A stretch of DNA of 64,000 nt, taken from positions 193,225 to 257,224 of the forward strand of contig JBHPFU010000001.1 in NCBI GenBank assembly GCA_042571125.1, read 5' to 3'. This document shows positions 34,569 to 42,963 of the stretch, piece after piece (the stretch's first letter is position 1; each line of letters begins with the position of its first letter). The position numbers were made by a program, and so were the translations under genes. The notes below the pieces were generated by a model, which saw only the letters and a program-made list of their open reading frames with translations, was not told the origin of the DNA and made no database searches. The stretch comes from Nanobdellota archaeon (GTDB lineage Archaea; Nanobdellota; Nanobdellia; Woesearchaeales; UBA10107).

Positions 34569-36767
34569 TTAACAAGATTTTGTTTCTATGTATGTTGTTG
34601 TTCCGCAGGCAGTATCTGTGCATGTTCTTCCCTGTTTGTCAATCAAAATACCATTCATGAAAACAGGACACTCGCTTGGTCCCCATGTGCTACATTCAAT
34701 TTTTGGTTCACAAATTTGACTAGGACATTCTTTTGTTTCTGTATACTCTTCTGTGCATCCATTTAGGTCTCTACAAGTTCTTCCCTGTTTGTCAATCAAA
34801 ATACCATTCATGAAAACAGGGCAAGTTTCAGGACCCCAGTTATCGCAGACAATATTTGGTTCACAAACTTGTTCAGGACATTCTTTTGTTTCTGTGTAAT
34901 CTGAAATACATTCGTTTAGATCCTTGCATGTTCTTGCTTGATTTGTTATTGGAATTCCATTTTGGAATGTGTTGCACGTAGGTCCCCAGTTCTCACAAAC
35001 AATATCTGATTGACATTGTTGTTCAGGACAATCTCGCATTTCATCATATGATTCAGATCCAGTACATTCGTTCTGATCAGAGCAAGTTCTTTTTTGTTTA
35101 TTTGTTGGTACTCCATTTACAAATCCCGGACAAGTTCCAGGGAACCAATCATCACAAGTATAATCTGGAACGCAAAGGTCTCCATTATTCCCAATTCTCA
35201 GTGTAAAGCTTGATTTTGTTTTCAAATCATTTGATTCTACGTATTCAACATAAAGATCCTGCACACCATTTTGATTTGGAGCATTAAATGTTAATGATCT
35301 TGTTGCGATTTGCCCTGGATTTAGTGAAATTGATGTTGAACGCAGTACTGTTCCATCACTTTTGGTGATTCTTAAGTTTCCAGATGAAGAAGTTCCTATA
35401 TTTTCTAATAAAATATCAATTAAAACTTCATTTCCAGGATTAGTTTGATCATCATATGTTAATTCTTGAATCATAACGTTTGAATAAGGGATATAATCTA
35501 TTGCATACCTTACTTTCCCATAAACTCTTAGCAAACCATTCTGGCAATCAAGTATTTCGATTGGATTTACCTTAACTAAAACTGCTTCTTGATCTTCTGT
35601 AAATGAATGAGCGTATTCAATACCCGGGTTTGTTGTGCTATTACACCCTCTTGCGATAAATGAATTGTTCCATTCAGGAATATTTGCAGTTATATCTGCA
35701 TAATTATCTAAACCAACTAAAGAAACATTTGTGATGACTGTTTTTAGCGGGAATCTTGATGCTTTTATTGTTGTTGGAAGAACTAAGTCTCTAAATCCGA
35801 ATTCCTGTACAGTATTCTGAGATGTTACCAGATTAAATCCGTCTTGTGTTGTTATGTAATATGTGTCCTCAAATTCATAATATTTTTTGTATGGTCTTGG
35901 TTCTGCAGGTACAGTTATCAGAGCCATTGGTTGTGCCGACATTGAAGAAGTTGTAGAGACTGGAGTTGCATCATAGTTCTTTAAGAAATCTTCACAGAAA
36001 TCATCAATGTCTGCTTTACTATAGTAAGGAACATCAACATTTAATGTAGGAACTCCGTATAATGTGTAAGATAGTAATGCTAATCCTACAAATTCATCAT
36101 CTCTAAATATATTATCAACATCCATGTGAGCCCAGTAATAATTATTTCTGGCTCTTTTGAATGCTTCGCCCACTGTTGAAGACCTTCCTACGTTACAAAT
36201 AAAGCTTTTTACAAACTCTCTGCTTGGATATGCAGTAGGAGCGATAATAACAGAATCTTGTCCTATTTCTTTAATGAATGAATCTAGGTTTTTTGGCAAG
36301 TATAGGCCACTATAGTGAGAATCGAATACAACTAATGGATTTTTAGTTTGGAATGTTGAGACCCAAGAGCTTGCTGTTGAAGGCGATAATCCTCCTGCTT
36401 TTATTGTATTACCAACAACCTCTCCTTCTTCCTCAACTATTAAAAATTCATTTGTTTGGAAATTGTTTAAACTATTTGTTACATCATTCAAATTCCATGA
36501 GAATTTATCAATGTATTTTGAACTTCCAAATTCTTCATTCAACACATCAACTTTATCATCTGAAAATAAGTTAAACACGTCACCATCTCCGAAATAAGTT
36601 GCGTGCTGAAGATCAATGTTTGAAGATTGAAGCTGATTAATTAATTCTTGCGGAGTATCTCCTACAAGTCTTCCAACAGCTGCAGTTTCGTAGCTTGTTG
36701 TTAGAGCAAAAGCTGGAACTGCAAGTATCAAAATCATGCAAATTCCGATTAGGAAGTTTTTATTCAT
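34569..36767 (-). CDS. Secreted 732-aa protein: signal peptide, gingipain/C25-like fold (catalytic residues not evident), CARDB-like domain, four C-terminal Cys/Trp repeats
   Basis: Signal peptide MNKNFLIGICMILILAVPAFA. PLVVFDSHYSG...SVIIAPTAYPS...STVGEAFKRARNNYYW resembles the clan CD/C25 strand-His and strand-Cys regions, but with Tyr and Pro-Thr at the expected Gly and Cys positions. PGNEVLIDILLENIGTSSSGNLRI...LNPGQIATRSLTFNAP is CARDB-like. The repeats are listed as a separate feature. Confidence 0.55.
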   Translation of the reverse strand: MNKNFLIGICMILILAVPAFALTTSYETAAVGRLVGDTPQELINQLQSSNIDLQHATYFGDGDVFNLFSDDKVDVLNEEFGSSKYIDKFSWNLNDVTNSLNNFQTNEFLIVEEEGEVVGNTIKAGGLSPSTASSWVSTFQTKNPLVVFDSHYSGLYLPKNLDSFIKEIGQDSVIIAPTAYPSREFVKSFICNVGRSSTVGEAFKRARNNYYWAHMDVDNIFRDDEFVGLALLSYTLYGVPTLNVDVPYYSKADIDDFCEDFLKNYDATPVSTTSSMSAQPMALITVPAEPRPYKKYYEFEDTYYITTQDGFNLVTSQNTVQEFGFRDLVLPTTIKASRFPLKTVITNVSLVGLDNYADITANIPEWNNSFIARGCNSTTNPGIEYAHSFTEDQEAVLVKVNPIEILDCQNGLLRVYGKVRYAIDYIPYSNVMIQELTYDDQTNPGNEVLIDILLENIGTSSSGNLRITKSDGTVLRSTSISLNPGQIATRSLTFNAPNQNGVQDLYVEYVESNDLKTKSSFTLRIGNNGDLCVPDYTCDDWFPGTCPGFVNGVPTNKQKRTCSDQNECTGSESYDEMRDCPEQQCQSDIVCENWGPTCNTFQNGIPITNQARTCKDLNECISDYTETKECPEQVCEPNIVCDNWGPETCPVFMNGILIDKQGRTCRDLNGCTEEYTETKECPSQICEPKIECSTWGPSECPVFMNGILIDKQGRTCTDTACGTTTYIETKSC
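34572..35174 (-). repeat. Four tandem coding repeats (47-53 aa, about 150 nt each) of a Cys/Trp-rich module at the C-terminus of the 732-aa protein
   Basis: Protein repeats follow C-x-(P/S)-x-I-x-C-x-x-W-G-P-x-x-C-P-V-F-M-N-G-I-L-I-D-K-Q-G-R-T-C-x-D-x-x-x-C-x3-Y-x-E-T-K-(E/S)-C. The two distal copies share a near-identical DNA stretch (gttcttccctgtttgtcaatcaaaataccattcatgaaaacagg at 34624-34667 and 34777-34820, 153 nt apart). Confidence 0.85.
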
Positions 36768-36990
36768 CTTGTATGAATTCTACTTCTTCAAAATCTCCTA
36801 TTTTATTACATTTAGGACAAGTTATCCATTCTAATTTAGGATAGATAAACTCTTTATTGCCACATTTTTTACATTTTAAGTCTTCACCAAGTTTGTAATA
36901 GTCAAAATGATGACACTTTTTACACATGTATGTACGTCCTCCTACAATCTTGAGTTCGTTCTTACATCCGTTACATTTTATTCTTAACAT
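36760..36990 (-). CDS. Small zinc-ribbon protein (76 aa, four CxxC pairs)
   Basis: CNGCKN..CKKCHH..CKKCGN..CPKCNK. It starts 9 nt after the stop of the 1389-aa gene and overlaps the start of the 732-aa gene by 8 nt, so translational coupling is likely. Confidence 0.65.
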   Translation of the reverse strand: MLRIKCNGCKNELKIVGGRTYMCKKCHHFDYYKLGEDLKCKKCGNKEFIYPKLEWITCPKCNKIGDFEEVEFIQDE

Positions 36991-36999
36991 TTTTTTGAA

Positions 37000-39900
37000 T
37001 CACCCTTTTATTTTTTTAACCTCGTTTAATACAGTTAATAATGCATCATCATAATTTTGTGAAGTTAATGTGCCTGCCTTTTGCAACATTATATTTTTTA
37101 ATGCAATTATCTCGCTTTTTAATCCCGGAGCAGTATTATCTATTAACGATAAGATCATATTGTTTTTAGCACTGAATCCAAATTTTTCTGTTTCCGCAAG
37201 ACTTTTTGCTATAAAATCTACTTCACTATGCCCTGCAGAAACACGGCGAATAATTTCTCCATCAAAAATTTCGTCGTATACGTGTTTTCCTATATTATCT
37301 CTATATTTTGCAGCTTCGCTAGGATCCATGATATGATACATTCTTGCATTTGCATCAAATTCAAAGAAATTTTTTAGATATTTCTCGCTATCTAATTTTT
37401 GAATATTTAATCTAGTCATTCTAGCTATGAATCTCTCGCTGAACACAATTCCGTCTTCAAGTGCATGAGCGTGTTCATGAATTATTGTGAAATCTTTTAA
37501 TCTGTCTCTTGCTACATCTATGTGTTTTACATTTAGTATTATCTCTTGCTTAGCGGGGATGTATACTCCATACATGAGTTTATCCGCTGTTTCATCTAGT
37601 TCTCCGAAACTTATTTTTACGTTTTTAAATTCTTCTTCAAAACCTTTTCTGGAAATGTCTATGTTTTTGATAACAGTGTCTTCTCCAAAATATTCATAGA
37701 CTTTTTTAGGATTAAGGCCCCCATAAACATTATTATCAAATATCCTGTACCTTTTTGTTATCCTTAGTTCTTCAACATTGCCTGCACCTTTTAATGCATC
37801 TGCCGAAAAATCAAAATTCAAATTTTTCACAGCACTAAACGAACTTTCAGCAACTTCAGGACCATGTTTTAGAATATGTATCCCTCCTTCTACCATCTGT
37901 GCAAGCAGTTTAGGAGATCTTGCTACTAATTTAACTAACCCCCCGATTAATTTAGGAGCTGCAACTATTGTTTCAACAGCTTCTTTCACAACTTTTCTTC
38001 CTAGTGTTGTGACAATATTTGGTAAGAAGTTCTTTAATCCAACTTTCAGCATGGCAATGCTACCATCAAATACCTCCCCTCCAAATCCTGCGGCACCCGC
38101 TGTAATAAACGCAGCACCCCATGTTGCAAGATCATATGCTGTAGCAAAATCAACAACCTTGCAGATGAAGAAGTCTGCAACGCCCGCGTCTGTATCTGTA
38201 TCACCCACACCCCAAGACCACATACATTTCCAGGAATCTCTTAAGTCTGGCGCAAGTTCAACTAAAGGAATCATATTACAAGTTATTTCAGCACTTACCG
38301 GATGCGGCGCCCCTTCAAATTTACCATCCCAAAGACAAGCAACAACAGCATCACCAAATGTCCAGTCTGCTTGAGGACCGTCTTCAACAATCTTTTTTAA
38401 AGCAAGGATATTATCGTAAATATCTTCATCTGAATTTAGAACAATAGAATAATCAAGATCGCTCCAAACATTTCTCTCTAAACTCATAGAACTTATTTCA
38501 TCAGAAACAAAAGGAAGACAAGCCATAGCATTATTGGTTTTTTCTGTTCCAATCAAGATTAATGTCTTGTCTTCAAGATCGTTAAATGAATTACATCCAA
38601 CATCAGACTCATCTATCATTTCAACTGTTCCATACTTACTTTCAATGGTATTTTTTAGATCATTAACTGCATCTTGCATTTCCCCAGATAATGAAGGAAT
38701 AACCATCGCAACATCTTTTCCAACGAATAAGTCTCTTAACTCAGAAAATGGTTTCTTTGTTCTAGGAATGTATGGCAAATCAGAGTAAATAGACTCTGTT
38801 GCACTATATTTCTCCCACCACAAGAAATTTGTTCCGTGATACTGTTCAATATTTCTTCTATAATGCGGAACAACAAAATCATCTCCAATTATTAAGACAT
38901 CATTGCATGTTTCATGACATTTATTTCTTATTATTTCTGAAGATTTAATTACATAATCATTATCGGTTTGAGGCGCGATTGGAGTTTCAGAATAACTTGA
39001 GAAGCTAGACCAAGGTCGTCCAACAATGTAATCATCTATGAAGTATACAACACCATTTTCAGATTCTGCAAGAATAAAAGCTTCCTCTAAAACATCTTTT
39101 ACATTATGGTCATAATTGTAACGTTCATATAATCCAACTCTATCTGTTACTAATATTAATGCAGGATTATCAATAACTTGAACATATTCATTTCTGTTAT
39201 CAATCTCAAATTTATAAGACATTCTCGCAGCATTTTCAGGAATAATGAATTGAATTATGTTTAATCCTGACTGTACGCTTGCTTGATCATTCGAAACTTG
39301 TCCTTTTACAATAGGCCAGCTAGAAGGACGATCTAAGTGAACTGTTCCGCTGCCCGAAGCAGTAATAACAACATTTACATAATCTCCTGGCTGTTTGTAA
39401 ACAATGGTTCCAGCAGGAGCATCTTCTAATGAAACTGAGAAAGTATTTGAAACAGGAATTGAGTTACATTGACCTTGACTATTACAAACTTCATTCGAAT
39501 TACAGTCTGAATTTGAATAACATTCATAATTTAATGAATTACAGCTTGATTGTCCGATAATACATTCTTCTCCGAATCCGCAGTATGCAGATTCTGTCCA
39601 ATCAGTATATGTTGACGCTCCTGCACAAGTATTTGTTGTTCCAGAACAACGCTGTTCTCTTGTTCTTGTTTCAACATTCCCTTGCAAAGTACATCCATAT
39701 TGCGCTTGAGTATCGCAGACTACAGAACTATCTGCGAATATTCCATTATCGCAACAAGCACCGGAAGTACATTCAACTACACATGAACCTGCAGAACAAA
39801 TGCCAGTTCCACAAGTTTCTACAAGTTGTTCTTCTGTGTATGGATTTTCATAACATCCTCCACTTGAACAACCTCTTGTGTAACAAGTTCTACTTTGGTA

Positions 39901-41169
39901 TTTTGCTCCATTTTTACAGTAGGTTGGTCCCCACGCATCACAACTATCAATTCCACAGTCTTGTTGCACTATGGGGGCGGTGGAAGATGTACAACCAGAA
40001 CCGCTACATCCTTTTGTTTCATAATTTCTATAAACATCGTCACCAGAACAATAATTGCTTCCAACATATTCGCTTGTTCCGCAATTTGTTTTTACTTCTT
40101 CTCTGTTTCCGCAGGAATCATACCAATAGACATGTCCGCTAGAACAAGAATAACTAGTATGAGAATAACATGGAGTTTCGCAACTATTGCCATCCCATTC
40201 TTTTCCATAAGGACAACAGTAATCAGTTGTTCCAAGCCAAGCAACATCACAATAATGGCCAGAAGCGCATTCATCTCCTCCAATTATATCGCAGTCCCCC
40301 TCTCCTTCTGTACAAGCACATCCTGCATCTAATGCTTTGTCACAATAATCTCCATCACCTTCTTGACTTACTATATCATATTGTGTACTTGAAGATTCTC
40401 CGCATGAAGACGGAGAACAGTATTCAGTATAAACGGTACGTTTTCTTTTGATATTATCGCCAGAACAATAATTAGAGCTCCAACTTGTTGTACTAACATC
40501 ATCGCACGTTTCAAGAGTTTTCCATGTAGTATCACAATCTGAATACTGATATTTTCTTTGTCTAGAATCTCCGCTGCATCTGTATTCATTTAAGTATCCT
40601 GAATCACATGTCTCATAGCAATCATCTCCATCATATTCTTCGCCAGAATAACAACAACCTTCTATTGTCCCCGGACCACCAACGCATTCGTATTTGCTTG
40701 AACATTCGGAATCCCAATCACAATCTCCTGCTTCGTATCCACATATAAAATCTGTCTCTGCCTTAAGAACTTTACAGAAATCAGAGTCACCTTCTTCACT
40801 TTCTAATTCCCAGCAAAGCAGTTTTCCAAATACAATCATGTCATTACATTGCCATAATCTTAGACCGCCATCTGTATAGCCCCATTGACCTTCTATACTG
40901 CAAGAACCTAATGTATTTGAATAATCGCTACATGATTCGGTTATCCCCATAGTAGTTGCTGAAGAAAGCCCGTATGGAGCATTAATCATTGTAGTATAAG
41001 TGCTAGAACCAGAAGAAATATCCCCAACAAAAGTTCCATCAAGTTCGGTTTGTTCTTCTATTGTTTTAGATCTTATTTCAGGTCCTTCAATCGGAAGAGA
41101 AAAAGCTTGTGGCATAATTGACAATATAAACATTAAACAAATCATTATTGTTAATGTTTTTTCATGCAT
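37000..41169 (-). CDS. Giant (1389 aa) secreted Cys-rich protein with a Gly/Ala-rich hydrophobic segment and a C-terminal HExxH (putative zinc metallopeptidase-like) domain
   Basis: Signal peptide MHEKTLTIMICLMFILSIMPQAFS. Residues about 80-570 (nt about 39465-40930) are dense in Cys, with repeated modules (YCSGDNIKRKRTVYTEYCSPSSC, YCSGDDVYRNYETKGCSGSGC, CDAWGPTYCKNGAKYQSRTCYTRGC). The hydrophobic segment is DLATWGAAFITAGAAGFGGEVF (nt about 38065-38140). HEHAH lies at nt 37465-37479 within DFTIIHEHAHALEDG. Confidence 0.65.
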   Translation of the reverse strand: MHEKTLTIMICLMFILSIMPQAFSLPIEGPEIRSKTIEEQTELDGTFVGDISSGSSTYTTMINAPYGLSSATTMGITESCSDYSNTLGSCSIEGQWGYTDGGLRLWQCNDMIVFGKLLCWELESEEGDSDFCKVLKAETDFICGYEAGDCDWDSECSSKYECVGGPGTIEGCCYSGEEYDGDDCYETCDSGYLNEYRCSGDSRQRKYQYSDCDTTWKTLETCDDVSTTSWSSNYCSGDNIKRKRTVYTEYCSPSSCGESSSTQYDIVSQEGDGDYCDKALDAGCACTEGEGDCDIIGGDECASGHYCDVAWLGTTDYCCPYGKEWDGNSCETPCYSHTSYSCSSGHVYWYDSCGNREEVKTNCGTSEYVGSNYCSGDDVYRNYETKGCSGSGCTSSTAPIVQQDCGIDSCDAWGPTYCKNGAKYQSRTCYTRGCSSGGCYENPYTEEQLVETCGTGICSAGSCVVECTSGACCDNGIFADSSVVCDTQAQYGCTLQGNVETRTREQRCSGTTNTCAGASTYTDWTESAYCGFGEECIIGQSSCNSLNYECYSNSDCNSNEVCNSQGQCNSIPVSNTFSVSLEDAPAGTIVYKQPGDYVNVVITASGSGTVHLDRPSSWPIVKGQVSNDQASVQSGLNIIQFIIPENAARMSYKFEIDNRNEYVQVIDNPALILVTDRVGLYERYNYDHNVKDVLEEAFILAESENGVVYFIDDYIVGRPWSSFSSYSETPIAPQTDNDYVIKSSEIIRNKCHETCNDVLIIGDDFVVPHYRRNIEQYHGTNFLWWEKYSATESIYSDLPYIPRTKKPFSELRDLFVGKDVAMVIPSLSGEMQDAVNDLKNTIESKYGTVEMIDESDVGCNSFNDLEDKTLILIGTEKTNNAMACLPFVSDEISSMSLERNVWSDLDYSIVLNSDEDIYDNILALKKIVEDGPQADWTFGDAVVACLWDGKFEGAPHPVSAEITCNMIPLVELAPDLRDSWKCMWSWGVGDTDTDAGVADFFICKVVDFATAYDLATWGAAFITAGAAGFGGEVFDGSIAMLKVGLKNFLPNIVTTLGRKVVKEAVETIVAAPKLIGGLVKLVARSPKLLAQMVEGGIHILKHGPEVAESSFSAVKNLNFDFSADALKGAGNVEELRITKRYRIFDNNVYGGLNPKKVYEYFGEDTVIKNIDISRKGFEEEFKNVKISFGELDETADKLMYGVYIPAKQEIILNVKHIDVARDRLKDFTIIHEHAHALEDGIVFSERFIARMTRLNIQKLDSEKYLKNFFEFDANARMYHIMDPSEAAKYRDNIGKHVYDEIFDGEIIRRVSAGHSEVDFIAKSLAETEKFGFSAKNNMILSLIDNTAPGLKSEIIALKNIMLQKAGTLTSQNYDDALLTVLNEVKKIKG

Positions 41170-41176
41170 TTTTTGT

Positions 41177-42745
41177 CTACTTCACCCCCAATAAAGGACT
41201 TGTTGCAATGTTTGCTCCAAGATAAACTCTTGTTTCATTGTCCTTAGGAATCTCAATAGTTCCTTTTGATCTCCTCCTTTCATGTTCAATACCAAGATCT
41301 ATCTTAAGGAAGTTCATGATCCTTGCAAATAGATTCACATCATAGATAATTCTTTGATCTCTGTAGTCTTCGTAAATATCTGTAAAGAATTTTTCATTTG
41401 ATCCTGTCTGTTCAATCTTTTTTCTAATAAAATTCATATTTAGTTCTAATCCAATCTCATCAAATGAACCTTTTTCTAATCTTTTAGCTGCTCCGAGATA
41501 TGTTGATACCATATGCAGAAAAGCATCTCTATCTCTTCTATACTTAACATCTCCTGGAAAAGTTTTATCTTCATGTTCTGAATCAAATATCTCTTTGCCC
41601 ATTAAGCCATCATATTCTAGCTGTACTTTGAATATCCAGGTGTTATCATATCGTGCGAATATTCTTGCTAAGATCCCTTTAGCGTGCAATTGTCTATCTG
41701 TTTCAATTTTGTATTCATACTTTCCTACTGTTTGTTTATACTCTCGTCCTTCTTGATCAAGTAGATATACAAAACCAAGCCCTCCACCAAGACTTCTTTT
41801 ATGGTTACCAAGTTCGAGCAAAACTTTTGAAAGATTATTTATTTCTTCTTTCTTGCCTTCTTCTGTTCCACCTGAGCTTAATAAAGATTCAAAATCATTA
41901 GTGAAAGTTCCATTTTGAATTCGTAGAATATCTTCTAAAGCTAAACCAAGCATAAATGCGCCAGTATAACCTCCTGCCGCGATTCTTCCTCTCCCTACAA
42001 AATTGTCAAGATCAAGTTCTTCTAAATTATCTATTACCATTGTTGGAGAAGTATCTTTAATGCTTCTTGTTCTTTGAGAAGAAGGAGAGTATCTTGCTCC
42101 TGCTAAGAATTCAAAATATGAATTTGGAAGGGAGGGAGGTAGATTTTTCCTTAATTCGTTACGCTTAAAAACATCTTCTAATTTTACAAGAGTATCTGCA
42201 TTTTTAACAGGCGATAAATCTATTGGACCAACATCTTCTTTCAATTCGGAACATTTGTACCATTTACCATCCGAACTTCTAACGTAGTTTTTCCTAGAAT
42301 CATCTCCGTCAAACTGAGCTTTAATTTTTATTCCTGTATCAAATACTTTGCCATCTTCTATGATTCTATCTCTAAGAAACTGAGTTTTTGGCGGAACATA
42401 AGGAACAGTTGTAGCAGTAGGAGTTTGTGTTACTGTTGCGGTTGGCTGAGGCGTTGGAGTTTGTGTTACCGTATTTGTTGGGATTGGTGTGTTTGTAGGT
42501 TGAGGCGTATGAGTTAGAGTAGGATCTTCATCAATTTCAATAAATTCAACATCTTCTATCTCTTCAATTTCATCAATATCTTCAGCATCGCTCTCAAGTT
42601 CAGGGATAACTTCTCCTTCGGATTCATCAAGAAGAACAATTCCATCATCTTGAGCAATGGCATTAGTAACAATATTAGAACTTCCAAGGGCTAAAATTCC
42701 TGCAAGCGAACTCACTAAACACTTTTTTACATACATTTGGTACAT
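41177..42745 (-). CDS. Secreted protein (about 520 aa): signal peptide, acidic stretch, Thr/Pro/Gln-rich linker, Cys-poor beta-rich C-terminal domain
   Basis: The track start at 42775 is a GTG inside a GC-rich leader. In-frame ATGs at 42745 (MYQMYVKK) and 42736 (MYVKKCLVSSLAGILALGSSNIVTNAIA) give a canonical signal peptide. The linker is THTPQPTNTPIPTNTVTQTPTPQPTATVTQTPTATT. It is the first gene of the four-gene minus-strand operon (7-nt spacer to the next gene). Confidence 0.6.
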   Translation of the reverse strand: MYQMYVKKCLVSSLAGILALGSSNIVTNAIAQDDGIVLLDESEGEVIPELESDAEDIDEIEEIEDVEFIEIDEDPTLTHTPQPTNTPIPTNTVTQTPTPQPTATVTQTPTATTVPYVPPKTQFLRDRIIEDGKVFDTGIKIKAQFDGDDSRKNYVRSSDGKWYKCSELKEDVGPIDLSPVKNADTLVKLEDVFKRNELRKNLPPSLPNSYFEFLAGARYSPSSQRTRSIKDTSPTMVIDNLEELDLDNFVGRGRIAAGGYTGAFMLGLALEDILRIQNGTFTNDFESLLSSGGTEEGKKEEINNLSKVLLELGNHKRSLGGGLGFVYLLDQEGREYKQTVGKYEYKIETDRQLHAKGILARIFARYDNTWIFKVQLEYDGLMGKEIFDSEHEDKTFPGDVKYRRDRDAFLHMVSTYLGAAKRLEKGSFDEIGLELNMNFIRKKIEQTGSNEKFFTDIYEDYRDQRIIYDVNLFARIMNFLKIDLGIEHERRRSKGTIEIPKDNETRVYLGANIATSPLLGVK

Positions 42746-42963
42746 CCCCCGTCGGTCGCGCAGTGCAGAGCGCACTCTTTTATACCTCTTTTTCTGTCAA
42801 CCACTAGTGTTATAAGTTAAGATATCGCTTTTAATAACTGTTTTCGTCTAAGTTTCGTATCTATTTCGGTTATTAATGTCGAAAACCGTTTATTCTAGAT
42901 TAGTGGTGAATGAAATATATAAACTTTGTGCAGTTCCTTTATAAATGAACTAGAAATCACATT

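Noticed and set aside
34572-35174. Regular ~150-nt DNA repeats that could be mistaken for a CRISPR array or satellite
   Set aside because: The repeats are in frame inside a long ORF and encode a conserved Cys/Trp module. There are no short invariant repeats with unique spacers and no cas genes, so these are coding tandem repeats.
37778-40332. Long plus-strand ORFs (198, 185 and 145 aa at 37778-38374, 39585-40142 and 39895-40332) opposite the 1389-aa gene
   Set aside because: They are antisense shadows of a much longer, motif-bearing minus-strand ORF. Their products are low-complexity (Ser/Pro/Ala/Thr or Leu/His/Asn runs). They have no promoter or TATA at the standard distance and no signal or motif.
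41177-42200. Idea that the C-terminal domain of the ~520-aa secreted protein is an outer-membrane-type beta-barrel
   Set aside because: Alternating hydrophobic patterns are present (ILARIFARYDNTWIFKVQLEYDG, RVYLGANIATSPLLGVK). However, the host looks like a single-membrane archaeon, and pattern reading alone cannot separate a barrel from any beta-rich fold. I kept it only as beta-rich.
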